A stretch of DNA of 64,000 nucleotides. It comes from Schmidtea polychroa (Eukaryota). Where the stretch lies: the NCBI GenBank assembly GCA_044892525.1, contig CM097885.1, forward strand, positions 70,742,001 through 70,806,000. The letters are read 5' to 3'. The translations under genes and the position numbers were made by a program. Shown here piece after piece: positions 1 to 11,985 of the stretch (positions within the stretch are counted from its first letter, which is position 1; each line of letters opens with the position of its first letter). Below the pieces are notes generated by a model, which was not told the DNA's origin, ran no database searches, and worked only from the letters and a program-made list of their open reading frames with translations.

Positions 1-629
1 TGTGGCGAAGTAGCGTGGGATGAAAACGTCAAACTTCTTTTGAAGAATAGTGGTAAAAAATTGAAGACGTGGATACGCGGTTCATACTAAATTTCATACA
101 ATCCCTCTGTGATCATCTTGCAGATAGATTTCCAGAGAATGAAGTTCGGGACTGGTCCGCTTTTAATTGTGACGCTATAAAACAATGCAATTTCAGTTTT
201 GGTATTGAACAAATTAAGAATCTGTGCTCAAAATACAAGAATCTCCTTGAGCTCAATGAAATTGATCTTGTAGTTCAAGAATATAAAGATTACAAATTTG
301 TTGTAGCTGAAAAGATAAAAAGTAAACTGGTTTCCAATTATCCAGACATGGTTGCATACGCACTTCAAAGTGACCAGTTTCAACATCTATCCAAACTGAT
401 GGATATAGGGGGAACGTTCCTAGCTTCAAGTGTGGACTGTGAACGAGGTTTCAGTTTAATGAACAATATAAAAAACAAATTACGAAATCGTTTAGAAGAA
501 TTTCATCTCGATATGCTCATACGAATTAAAAGTTACCTGCTAGATGGCGGAATAATAAATCTGGACACAGTTTATTCAGAGTGGAACTTCCAAGTTGAAG
601 CTTTGTTCGCGAGCAGTTTGGAAGACTGA
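1..629 (+). pseudogene. hAT-superfamily transposase C-terminal remnant (dimerisation domain), runs off the window start
   Basis: ORF 69-629 contains ASSVDCERGFSLMNNIKNKLRNRL, matching the hAT C-terminal dimerisation motif. Upstream coding-like text (CGEVAWDENVKLLLKN) is in another frame, implying a frameshift near 55-65. Confidence 0.75.
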
Positions 630-1622
630 TAAAAAGCACAATGCAGAGTAAATTTTGAAGTTTGTATTAAATATTTATTGATTTAAAAAACATGTTATAA
701 ACTGAAGTTTTAGCGTTGAAAGCTCAACAATGTAGAACATTTTTCTATACCTATTATAACATTTTATCAATGATTCGTTTCTTCTCCCAGTCCCAGATAT
801 ATTTGACTCATAATCCGAGTAATTTTCTGACCTAGTATATAATAGTAATTTACATTGAAATGCGAAATGTGTGCTATATCAATCGCGGATTTCGTAATTT
901 TTCAAACTCGCAAGCGCACAAATTATGCAGCTTTTCACAAACGTTGCACAGGCAGAATTTTCTGCGCACATACTCTCCGAGAAATTAGAGAATATGAGGC
1001 AGGTGAGCACTTGTGTTAGCACTACTCACTCGTGTGCTTCCAGTTCGAGTTCTTGACTGACTATAGAAGGACTTACGTCTTCACAGAAAACGAATGTCTG
1101 CTAGATCAATACGATAACCATAAGTCATGGTCATACCTTATTATATCATTACTGTTTAATGTAAATATCATCTACTTGAAACAAACCACAAGTTTTAATC
1201 ACCTACAACATTTTTATTTACACTATGTATATAACATGCTAAGTACAATTTACATCAACAGGGCACAGAAAGAAACAAAAGGAAAACATCTACCGGTCAA
1301 GATACAACTACTACAATATGTTTACACAAGTACACAAACTCACAATCCACTATAAAACTGAACGTTAATCTGACGTCTGGAAGATTCTTGGTTGGGCGCG
1401 ACACGTTGCTTCGATGGATAGCCGTGACCCGTCGCGGAGACTCACATGGCATCACTCCAGAAGGAGGCGGCCTCGGCTTCGACCAACAGATCGGCGAGGT
1501 TTTCTATATCGACCGTTTCCTCCGAGTGTAAATCCACTAGAAGAATAATTCGCGTTTTGTATTGAATTAGTGATTAACAATTTTGGTTAATTTAATGTAA
1601 ATTAATTTGCAATTTAGATCGA

Positions 1623-3065
1623 ATGTCGACTATAAATGAAAAATTGAATAAAATTTCCCAGTTGCTTTCAGAGCACAAATTTACAATTGTCAGTGATCTA
1701 ACTGAGGATTACAAATGTGGAATTTGCAAAGGAATTATCAACAATGCACATCAAATAATATGCGGATGTAATTTTTGTATGAATTGTATTAATCAATATA
1801 TTGGCAATGGCGGGGCTAAATGTCCAGCATGCCAATATGAAAATGTATTAGAGATTTCAAAAAATCACAAATTGAACATACAAATTTCTTCAATTACGGT
1901 GAGATGTCCAAATGAAAATTGCGCTCATGAATGCAAGCTCACAGAAATGGACGAGCATTTGAGATTATGCTCAAAAAGAAATGTGGAATGCCCGTTTGGC
2001 GGTATTGGCTGTCAGTTGAAGGAGATGAGCAAGGATAAATTGAATGAGCATTCCATCTCTAATATTGACAACCACAATAAAATCTTAATTGAAATGATCG
2101 GAGAATTGAGAAATGAAATGAATGAGCTAAAGATAAATGATATGAGAAAAGATGAAGCAATTGAATCATTAAGAAATGAAATCAATGCGATAAAGGTAAA
2201 TCAAATATCTGATTGATTTATTAATAACTGGCATAATTCAGCAAGAAAATCAAGAGCTGAAAACCATGATGAGAAATAGCAATAATAATTTGTGGATCAA
2301 ATTGGATCAGATGGATATCGAGATAAATGACAGGTGCAGAAATGATACGGTCACATCGATAACTGAGCAAATTGAATCTGTGAGAGTAAAATAATTGATT
2401 GAATTGATCTGATCAATTGATTTATAAATATTCAGATCAATCAATTGGAATTGGAACAGCAATTGAAAATTGTCGACAGAAAATGCCAAGTGAGAATTGA
2501 GAGCATTTGATTATTGTTGATGATAAATTGATCTGAGGAATTGAATGGAAATGTGCAAATCATTCACCAGGTGAAAGCTGACAGTGATAGGATGGCGATG
2601 GATATGCAGGAAATGAAGGGGGAAATGGATAAACTGACACGGGAAATGCAGCGAATCAACAAATTCCTGGAAATGCGGTATGATGGGGAGTTGCGGTTGC
2701 CAATCGGTAAAATCAATGAAATGCAATGGATGGGCAGTGACATATTCTACGATTTCCAGAATCCATATAAAATGCTATTGGTGCTGAATAATGCAGCTGA
2801 TAAATTGAAAATATGGCTATGGATTTATTCTGCTGCATTTGATGATGATTTGCAATGGCCAGTGAAGGCAGAAATAAACATTGAAATTGAATCATTAAAT
2901 AATCTTGAACAATCAAAATCATTGACAAAATCACTGACAATCCAAAAACCAGCAAATGATTCAGAGGAACCAAGTGATGCATTATCATTTGCCCATGCAG
3001 ATCTGAATGCATTACAATTGCTTGATAATAATTGCATAATTGATTGTTCTGTTAAATTTGAATAA
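1623..3065 (+). CDS. TRAF-like protein (RING - TRAF zinc finger - coiled coil - divergent MATH/TRAF-C), 4 exons, ~430 aa
   Basis: Exon 1 (1623-2195) has a RING (CGICKGIINNAHQIICGCNFCMNC...CPAC) and TRAF-type zinc fingers (CPNENC...HLRLC; CPFGGIGC...H). Three phase-0 GT-AG introns join everything in frame: 2196-2241 (46 nt), 2380(or 2386)-2435, and 2490-2537 (48 nt). The last exon has MATH-like text (SDIFYDFQNPYKMLL...AFDDDLQWP). Confidence 0.85.
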
Positions 3066-4789
3066 ATTTTCCTAATTTCCATTTACCTTTCGGTTCGATT
3101 CTTGCAGGAAATTATAAATATAAATAACTAGCTAATTAATCCGCCTGCGCTCGCGATTCCAAACCGCATATAATAGTAATTCAAAATATTTAAAAATTGT
3201 TTTAATCGAACTATTTTTGGTTAGTTACATTTTTAAGCGGGCTTTGAGGATAAGAGAGCAAAATTTGCGAAATAATATAAATTGCCTGGAGCCCATTGCA
3301 AAAATAATGTTACAGAAATGTTTACCTGTTAGTTTTTATTCCCATTAAAATTTTTTAAATTGACTTTTCATGTTTACTATTCAAACGCTTATTTCGATAT
3401 TCTGAATTTGTTGCACACAATTTCATTATTTTGATTTTTGATATAGTGCATAGGAGGGAGTTATTTATCTGAATATTTATTTGGGAGGGAAAATAAGGTA
3501 TTATTTTGGATCATTCCTAAAGTTCTAAAATAAATAACGAACCCTAATGAAACTAATATTACGAATTGGTGGGTTATCTTTGGGGAGTCTTTCATTATTG
3601 TATGTTTCCCTATCCGATACTTTTGGCGTGTTTCACTTTCCACTAGCAAATATGCATAATTATTTTATCCAGCCGCTAAACGCCCATCGCAAGCGACGTT
3701 AATGCTGCAATTTAGCGGTTGGCTGTCGGGAAAAGGTGAGCTCTACCATAATAACTGCCACTGACCCAACGAGCCCTGGGTTCATGAGCTACTGTAGAAG
3801 GTTTAGCGCTCCATTTTTTATTGCTATTGCTTTTTGTAGCGGTTCTTTATTATAATGAATCCTTCTGTGCTAATTTTGAGTGATTGTTTTCGCTAGACTA
3901 CTTTCTTTCGTTCACTTTTTGGTTTGGGTATTTTGTGTTTGGCTGTTGAATCCTTCTAATTTTCGGTTGTAGTTATGATGTTTTACTGGTTTGGTTGAGT
4001 TGTTTCATTTTTAATTGGTTTAAGGGTTTTGTCTGGTTAGTTGTCTAGTGGTGAGAGTTTTCTTTCTCGTTTTGTCTTTTGATTTGTGCGTGTTGATTTT
4101 TTGATTATTTGTTTGGTCGGGTATTTATACCCTTATTTTACTGAGTTCACTTTTAGAATTTCATGCGGGTGCTCAGTGTGTCATTCTGAGCACCCGGTCA
4201 GTTTATTGAACAAACTCAGGTAGGTAGGATATAAAAATATGATTTTTTGTATTTTTTAAACTCTCTTTCTCCTCCCCCTTTAGTGGTAAATCACCTTCTC
4301 TTTTTATCACTCGTTCTTTATCTCTTCCTCTCTCTCTCTGGGATTTCTTTTTCGGGCATTTTCTGTTAATTTTCCTTATTTTCCAATTTTTCCTCTAAAA
4401 TGTCAGGACCGATGCCTCATCGATTCGCTGTTATTTTCTTATAAGTTTTTAATCTTTTTTTTGTCGTTTATCGGCCTTATTGGAATTTTATTTAAAATGT
4501 TGTAAATTTTAATAACTAATTTTTTTATTTTAATTTGTATTTTCCGTTTTTTTTGTTTTAATGTTTACTCTATTTATAATTTTTGTTTATTAATTAACTT
4601 TGGTATTATATTTTATTTTCTTTCTCATTTTATTTTATTTATTTTTATTTATTTATTGTACTTTTCCACTCGATTTTTCCTTTAATTTTGAATTTTTTGC
4701 ATTTTTTCCCAACAGATGAATTATTCTCTCAATATATGTTTGCCTTTCTTTGCGATTAGTTTTTCTCATGATTTGTCTTATCCAGGCAG

Positions 4790-5249
4790 TCAAAAGTTCC
4801 GTTCTTTTACATTCGTAACACCTTTATAGTTGACGGCATTATTCTGACAATACCAACGTGTCACATTTTGAAAACAATTGTTTTTATTGTGTCCTTGTCG
4901 TTTGCACTTGTTACAGTAGGTGTTCGTACGCGCATCACTTTCATTATCCAGTTTCATCTCAATTTCATTTCCTCTTGCGATTCTGTGGCAAGTTTTCTTC
5001 TTTGCATCATTGTTTTCGATATTTTGTTTCTCGTGATTATCTTTAACGTTCGATTTTTTTTGGTTTTCTTTATTGATTAAGGCCATATAATCTTGTGTAT
5101 CGGGTGTTTGAGCTGGAAGGACTAGTTTCCTCACTACTGATGATCTCTACAATTCCAGCCTTCTTGTTGTCCGTGACATTCATTGAAGTAGTGTCCTAGT
5201 CTTTTACAGTCTTTACTATATTTTTCAATGCTTCTGTTGTTCGTCGTCT
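4790..5249 (-). pseudogene. Decayed gag-like remnant of an older minus-strand LTR element (left part, interrupted by element 1)
   Basis: ORF 4790-5134 has the CCHC knuckle CNKCKRQGHNKNNC. Joining the flanks across the GTCT TSD gives a further degenerate knuckle (SKDCKRLGHYFNEC). Confidence 0.6.
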
Positions 5250-6311
5250 TGTTGGGGTTCAGTAGGAACCGAAATTGAAGGTTCGAAATTAAATAATAAT
5301 TAAAATAATAATTAATTACTAAAATAGGAAGTAAAATAAAAATAGTATTTTAAAATTACCAAAAATAGAAATTAAACTATAAAATTAAAACTAAAATATA
5401 ATTAATAATAAATAATTACTAAAAATAGAATTATAGAAATTATTTAAAAATATATAATAAAAATAGTAATTAAACAATTACTATTAATAGAATTAGGTAA
5501 GTAAAAATTATATAAATTGTAGATGAAAATCAGATGGGAGGACGGTGAAAAAAGATCGGACACGACAGATTAAAAGTAGTTCAAAAAGTCGATATAAATC
5601 GAAACTGATTTGCTCGCATTAAGCGACAGAAAATTTACATTAAATTTGGACAGACCAGCATTTGATAGTCTCAGTTGATCAACAATTTTTGATTAAGAAA
5701 CATTAACAAATAATTTGGAATTTTTTATTTTTTCGCTTATCTCTAACTTCTATTGAAGAATTAATTTAAGAAAAAGGGAAGATCAGATTAACAAGTTCAA
5801 CAACCCATCTGAGGTTCATATTCATTTTCGGAATATCTTATAGTTAGTATTATTATTGTCTTATTCTTGAAAATATTTGTTTACTTATTTTAACTAAATA
5901 AAGGGACAATATAACCTCATCACTGATTTTTGTGTTGTATCGTTATTTAATATTAAAATTCATTTGAAAAGAGTTAACCAATTTCTGGGTTGACTCTATA
6001 GCTTAAAATTTGGTGATCTACCCTGTGTCTTTTCCTTACACCTATATCAGGCTGTTGGCGCATTTAGGGCCAGCCTTGATCCTTAGTAACACTCTTTAGA
6101 GCGGTTTGAATAACCGTTTTCTGTACTTAGAGAACGCAGCGTGTTGTATCTATATATGCATATTTAAACGTGTAACTAACCTTTTATTGATAAATAAATA
6201 TTTAAAACATATCTCTTATTTATTTATTTACCTACACGCGTAAATTATTTACTTGGAGTCAGATAGAACATTTTTTGTGTTAGTTCGAATTCATACCCAT
6301 CGAACCTAACA
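5250..6311 (+). repeat. 5' LTR of element 1
   Basis: Same length as 18997-20058 with about 11 substitutions by my manual comparison; TG...CA ends. Confidence 0.97.
6151..6198 (+). promoter_or_regulatory. Putative TATA box (6151-6157) and AATAAA poly(A) signal (6193-6198) in the LTR
   Basis: Motifs sit in the expected U3/R position of the LTR. The AT-rich context weakens specificity. Confidence 0.4.
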
Positions 6312-6314
6312 TTT

Positions 6315-6332
6315 TGGTGAGCCCGACGTGAT
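6315..6332 (+). promoter_or_regulatory. Primer-binding site complementary to tRNA-Trp
   Basis: TGGTGAGCCCGACGTGAT lies 3 nt after the LTR and matches 17/18 nt of the avian retroviral tRNA-Trp PBS TGGTGACCCCGACGTGAT. Confidence 0.9.
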
Positions 6333-6410
6333 AAAATTATCAGCGGGTAGATATTGAAATAAAACAAAATAGCGTTAGGAACTAGAGCCAGAGTAAAACT
6401 GAATAATCAT

Positions 6411-7305
6411 ATGGCAGAGGAAGCTAATGAAAATGCATTTGCCAGATATCCCGCTCTGCCCGTAAAGGCATTCAGCTGTGATCCGGGAGAATTCCCAGTT
6501 TATGTCTGAATATTATCAGATGGCCAAAGCATATGCTTATCCAGATAATATCATGATACAAAGGCTACCTATATATTTGAAGGGGCTGGCAAGAGAAAAA
6601 TATAATGACATTATAGCATTACCAGTTGCTCAAGTACCGAAAACATGGGCTGAAATGAGAGAAGCAATGACTGCTCGAATATTGCCCGGAGATGCGGGAA
6701 GAATATTTAGACAACAATTTTATCATCGGAAACAAAATGCCAATGAACATGTAGGGGAATTTGCACACCAGCTATCATTAATTGCTGAAAGAGCATTTGG
6801 ACCAAAAACCACATGGGCAAAGCCAACAGAATTGTTAGTTAAGGATCAGCTATGGGCAGGACTTACTCCTACAATGAGGAACGCTCTAATATTACATACT
6901 AGTGATGGTTTTGATGAATTGACACGGAAAGCTGTCGTAATTGAAAGCAGCTTGGAAAAGTCAACCATGTTCCTGGTAAACAGTGAAAGAACACCGGTAG
7001 AGTGTTTCAATTGCCATAGAAAAGGGCATATAGCGAAAGATTGTACCAGTAGGAAAATTATGGACAATCGCAAAAGTATACAATGTACCAAATGTGGACG
7101 GAATAACCATGGTGCGGAAAATTGTAGAGTGCAGAATTTGCAATGCGAAAAATGTAAACGAAAGGGACATATTACTGCGGTCTGTAAGACTAGAAGTTCT
7201 CAGAACAGCAATAATTTTAGTACAATTAAAAGAGAGGATGTAAATTCATCAAGAAAGATAAAATGTCACGGATGTGGGAAATTCGGACATATGATGAGGT
7301 CATGT
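6411..7305 (+). pseudogene. gag: Gag with four CCHC zinc knuckles (frameshift near 6485-6495)
   Basis: ATG at 6411 (MAEEANENAFARYPALPVKAFSCDPG) is out of frame with ORF 6478. Capsid-like text (FYHRKQNANEHVGEFAHQL) is followed by knuckles CFNCHRKGHIAKDC, CTKCGRNNHGAENC, CEKCKRKGHITAVC and CHGCGKFGHMMRSC (7003-7305). Confidence 0.9.
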
Positions 7306-7893
7306 CCTCAGAACCAGAGTGGAAATACGAGTCAGTTCAATAAAAATACCGATAAGGGTAATGTGAACAAGTCTAAGACAACTTTCATGGTTAATCAGGA
7401 TCAAGGGTTAACGTATCTGCAACAACTGGAAATGGAAATCCAGGAGGAAAAGAATAGGTTGGCTAGATTGACCGACCAAGAAGGCACCATCTTCATGGTA
7501 GAAGTTGGAAGAGATGAATATCTCAGAAAAAAGGACTCCGTTAGAGAGGACTTCCAGGAAACGGAATCAGAGGAGAGTTCCGATGATGAACCTAGTATGG
7601 CCACCATACTAAGCGAGTTCGATAGAACCTTGCCAGGGAAAGCAAAGGTAAAAGAAGGGTCAGATACCCTAACAAAATGTTTAAAACTGGTGGATTCCAG
7701 ATATGAGTACCAGCAGAAGCTGGCCAGACAATTGGGAAAATTGGGAGAAACAGAAATTAAAATTCACGAAATCGATACAGTAGTAAAACTGATATCGCAG
7801 GTCGAAGATGATCCAAAGTATCATAACGACACGTACAAAATCCTAAGGAAATTAGGAAAACTCATGGAACATGAGTGGGATCTCCAAGATGCC

Positions 7894-8100
7894 CAGCTCA
7901 ATATAAAACTCCCACAGGATAAAGAGTATAATCTCGATATAAATGTAAGAAGTCGAGCCGATAAATTAACGGAAGCATTGGCAAGTATTAAGCACCAAGG
8001 ATATGACTTATACTTATGTGGAACAAAACTAGAAGCAAATCAAACACTTCTACAGAACGGGATACTTCCAGGTGGAGTAACGAAGCTCACAGCAAAGAGA
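7894..8100 (+). other. Ubiquitin-like domain 1 in the element-1 polyprotein
   Basis: QLNIKLPQDKEYNLDI...YDLYLCGTKLEANQTLLQNGILPGGVTKL parallels ubiquitin MQIFVKTLTGKTITLEV...[28 protein letters not shown] (by-eye alignment). Confidence 0.65.
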
Positions 8101-8415
8101 GCACAGAAGCCAGTAGCAGTAATGGATCAAGATAGCGTATTCTTGATTACTCAAATGGAAATAGAGAGTTTGGAAGAAACTCAACAATTAACCCAGCGAC
8201 TAGGGTTAGAATTGCAGAAATCTCCACGAGATGGAGAAACCATAAAGGAAATACTGGACTGGATATTAGTATTACGAATACCAGTAGATTTGTTGGAAGC
8301 AATAATTCCACTTATACTACCAGTAGTAAAGGAAACAAGCCCATTCCAGACGCAAATTGAAGCGCTGATGAGGAAAAATGGGAAAGCTATCCGAAGTCAG
8401 CCTGATAGACAAGGC

Positions 8416-8637
8416 AACATTAATCTAGACGTGCGAATGATGGGAAAAGAACCATTAACAATGATTTATAATTGCTATATCAAGGTTAAAATATTGAGGA
8501 GAGATGTAATTGCCACCGATCAAACTACAGGTATATTCCTGATAATGGTCCATGGCAGGCAAGTGGATGATGATGAATATTTAGTGGATGTGGGTTGTCT
8601 ACCGCTGGCAACAACCACGGTAATGATCATCCCAGTA
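8416..8637 (+). other. Ubiquitin-like domain 2 in the element-1 polyprotein
   Basis: INLDVRMMGKEPLTM...FLIMVHGRQVDDDEYLVDVGCLPLATTTVMII, where HGRQVDDDEYLVDVG parallels ubiquitin [15 protein letters not shown]. Confidence 0.6.
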
Positions 8638-9453
8638 ACTCCACCAGAGTCCCAGTGGTCATTAATGAGACTGCCAGATATAGCAAACGAAATTGCGGAA
8701 GAGATTGAGGAAATAAGACTAGAGGAAATTAATCCCTGTCCAATGGTGGACATTGACGAGGAAGATTACTTCTCAGAATACGTCAGATTAAATCCAGGAG
8801 AAACAAACGTAGGAGCTACTACGTCACAAGCAGTAACAAATCTGGAGACTGAAAAACCTCCGGAGAAAGTGAAAAAAGATGCACGAGGACGTCCTAGAAA
8901 GGATCAAATGAAACCTCCACCCAAGGAGCAGTTAAATCCAGATACGATTCGGAAAATTCAGTTAAAAACATTAGCAGGGATAGCCCAAGAAATGGACGAC
9001 CAGGCGGGAGATGAGACAACGTCAGAAAGGTCGTTATTATGGCAACGTATCCAACAAATGATCGGGATTATCAGGCCCGAATGGAGAATTCCAAAAATCA
9101 AGGGGATCGAAGTAAAGAAAATAAAGAAAGAGGTCAAGAAGACAATGGAAAGAGTATCCTAAGATGTATCAACTAGAGATATACAGGATGCCATAGAAGC
9201 ATTCGTGCAGCAAGGATTAACGAGAGGGAAAGTGGTGACATCACTATCATTGTTAATTCAAAATGCCTTAGCACGGATAGGGGATGATAAAAGGCTTATA
9301 GAACGAGAAATCGATCAAATAGTCGAAATGATAGATTATTACCTGGAGGTATGGATGACCGTAAACAAATTTTGGGAAAAGGAAACGATTCCAAAACCAC
9401 GATATGAAGTCGTGGAAGAGGCCATAAATAATGGTAGTCCAGGCACAGGAAAC

Positions 9454-11310
9454 ATGACAAGCATGATCCTGATGTTCCTAGTGATGATGGGCATATTAAA
9501 ACAAACAAATTCATTAACAGTATTTGACTGTGGAAACCCTAAACTATCTCGGGTATATTCATTAGTAGATGCAATTGAGTGCAAAGAGGCGTATCCCGAG
9601 AAGGTTCATCAAGGGGAAAAGGTAGAATATTATGTCTACCAAGAGAGTGAATTTTATAGAACAACGATAAAGGAATGTAGAGTTCAAAGAGCTACATTCT
9701 AATATTATTGCGGTAGTAATAGCTATTCTGCTTTTCTATCCGCAACATTAATACCAAGGCCGGTAAACATAATGCCCGAAGATTGCTTAGATGCATTTCG
9801 AAAAGGAAGTGTGAGGATAGACAACGAGGTATCAATCTCAGCAGAAATTGGGAAAACATTGGGAATAACAATCACTCGAGGAGGAACAATTGCCTCAGAT
9901 GGAACCTGCGAAGGTAGAAAGAAAATTCGCGGTAGCAATTTAGTTTCCTATGTGGTAGACATAGAAGATTACTCAGTAGAGCTACGAGAATACGAGGGAA
10001 CATTCGATGTGGCCACAGGAAAATTGATGGCACATCCGCAATGAAATGCCAAGTTCGGTAGTTGTAAAACGGGAACCACTACATTAATCTACGAACAAAT
10101 GAGAGATCATTGTAAGCTGGCCTTCCTCAAGAAAATTCCTTTTAGAAAATTAAATGGAACTAAATACCGGGACTCCCAGAATCCAGAAAAGGTTTGGGAT
10201 AAAGCAAAAACGTTGAAGAAAATCAACAAACAAGAGAAGGAAGATATCGAAGAGGAAAACACACCTCTAGTATTGATATCGGAAGACAAGACGGAAGCAA
10301 TTCGATTTGTCCGAAAAGATAAAAAGACTAAATGTGGGAAAAGAGTATACGAGACGAACTATAAAGGAATTTTCCTGTCAAGAGAATATATCCGGAATTC
10401 CAAGGTCCTACACGTAAAGGATATCAAAATCACGAATTATATAAATAATAAAGTAGATTATTTATACCATGATTTGCAAGGACAAATGCAAGATATGTAT
10501 CAAGAGGTGATACTAAACGATTGCAAGCTTAATCGTGAAATAGTCCGAAATAGATTAGCAATATCTATCGTTAACCCAGAGTTGGTTACTCCAATGTTAT
10601 TGGAAGATGGAATGTTTGGCAGAATCATGGGAGAAGCTATATATAGCTATGAGTGTAAACCAGTTGAAGTACAATTAGCCAGATTTAATCAATGCACTCT
10701 AGAACTGCCAGTATCTTACCAAGGAAAATTAAGATTTGTTATGCCAGTAACCAGAAAGTTACTTGAGAAAAACGCTAAACCTCAACCAGCTATATGCAAC
10801 CCGGCAATATCACCATTATATAAAATAAATGACATGTGGATATCTCTGCCGGAAAGGAAACCATCTACACAACGGGTAGAGACCCTGGAGGTAACTAAAT
10901 TAAAGGATAATCTGGAATTCAAGTCACTAGACGAATTAGCAAAAGGAGGGATCTATACTCCCGACGATATCGAGGAAGCAAGAAGGACATTGCTATTCCC
11001 ACAAATCAGAGACAGAGGTATCACGGAAATAACTTATCATGATAACTTAATAAGACCAGATTACAATCTATTATTTGGACCGGAACACTATAAAGAAGCG
11101 GCAAAGAACGTAATGATGAAAATATGGGGACGGTTTACCAATTTTGGTATTTTCGTCGCGGGATGTTCGGGAATTTACGCAATATTTGTAATTCTAAAGC
11201 TGATAATTACACAACTGATGTCAACATATAGCATATTCAAAATTGGGGGATGGTCATGGAAACTGCTATTAGGACTATGTCCTATGTGTGTAGAGTTTGC
11301 ATTATTCAAA
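9454..11310 (+). pseudogene. env: Envelope glycoprotein, chuvirus-G/herpesvirus gB-like (class III fusion), in frame between Gag and protease; internal stops at 9700 and 10042
   Basis: Signal-like MTSMILMFLVMMGILKQTNS, then VFDC, ECRV...YYCGSNS, EDC...GTCEG, YINNKVDYLY, CKLNRE..RLAI..NP, GEAIYSYECKPVEV and CTLELPV motifs. TM FGIFVAGCSGIYAIFVILKLII at ~11143-11220. Confidence 0.75.
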
Positions 11311-11985
11311 CATCACAGAAAGGAAATTAAAGAAATTAGACAGAAACATTTGGTCAAACATGAAGTAATTGGAACAGAAATGGAGGAGTATTCTAGTTAT
11401 CGGGACGATAACAATTCAAAGGGAGGAGGTAATGGAGGCTCTCGTGAAACATCTTCAAGATCAAATCAATCACGAAAACAGAACTACAACAAAAAACCGA
11501 ATCAGCAACAAAGAAAATCGAGATTTAAGGAATATCTTCCTCCATATGACCAATCAAAGGAAATATACGTGAGAAAACAATCCTCAGAAGGAGAATATGA
11601 CAGTTCCGACCAAAAATTCGACATAAGGTCACCCAGATTCAAGAAAAGTCCAAGATATGTACAATTGCCAACTTTGAGGAGTTTACCATCCGTACCAAAC
11701 GAAGGGCGGGAACATTCAAGGGAAACAACACTCAGAACAGGACGACACCAATGGAAAATCGGTGAAGATACCATATTTAATAATCTGACATGTTCAACAT
11801 TGCCAGAATTACCTAAAGTGCACTATCCAAAGGAAGCGTTAAAGTCAATTAAAGCTAAATTTAAAGAGTATAATCCTCAACTGAGTGATCCTGAATTACT
11901 GGAAGCAGAACAAACTAGAGCAAATACAATCGGTATCTCGCACGATACTATCCTGATGGTCAATAACCCAGTGAACTTGGATAAA

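Noticed and set aside
1010-1540. Possible LTR/gag fragment upstream of the TRAF gene
   Set aside because: Composition is suggestive, but no partner LTR, TSD or protein motif was found.
7675-7720. KCLKLVDSRYEY (element 1) resembles KCIKLITQAYQW (element 2, ~53294)
   Set aside because: Too short to establish homology by eye; needs profile comparison.
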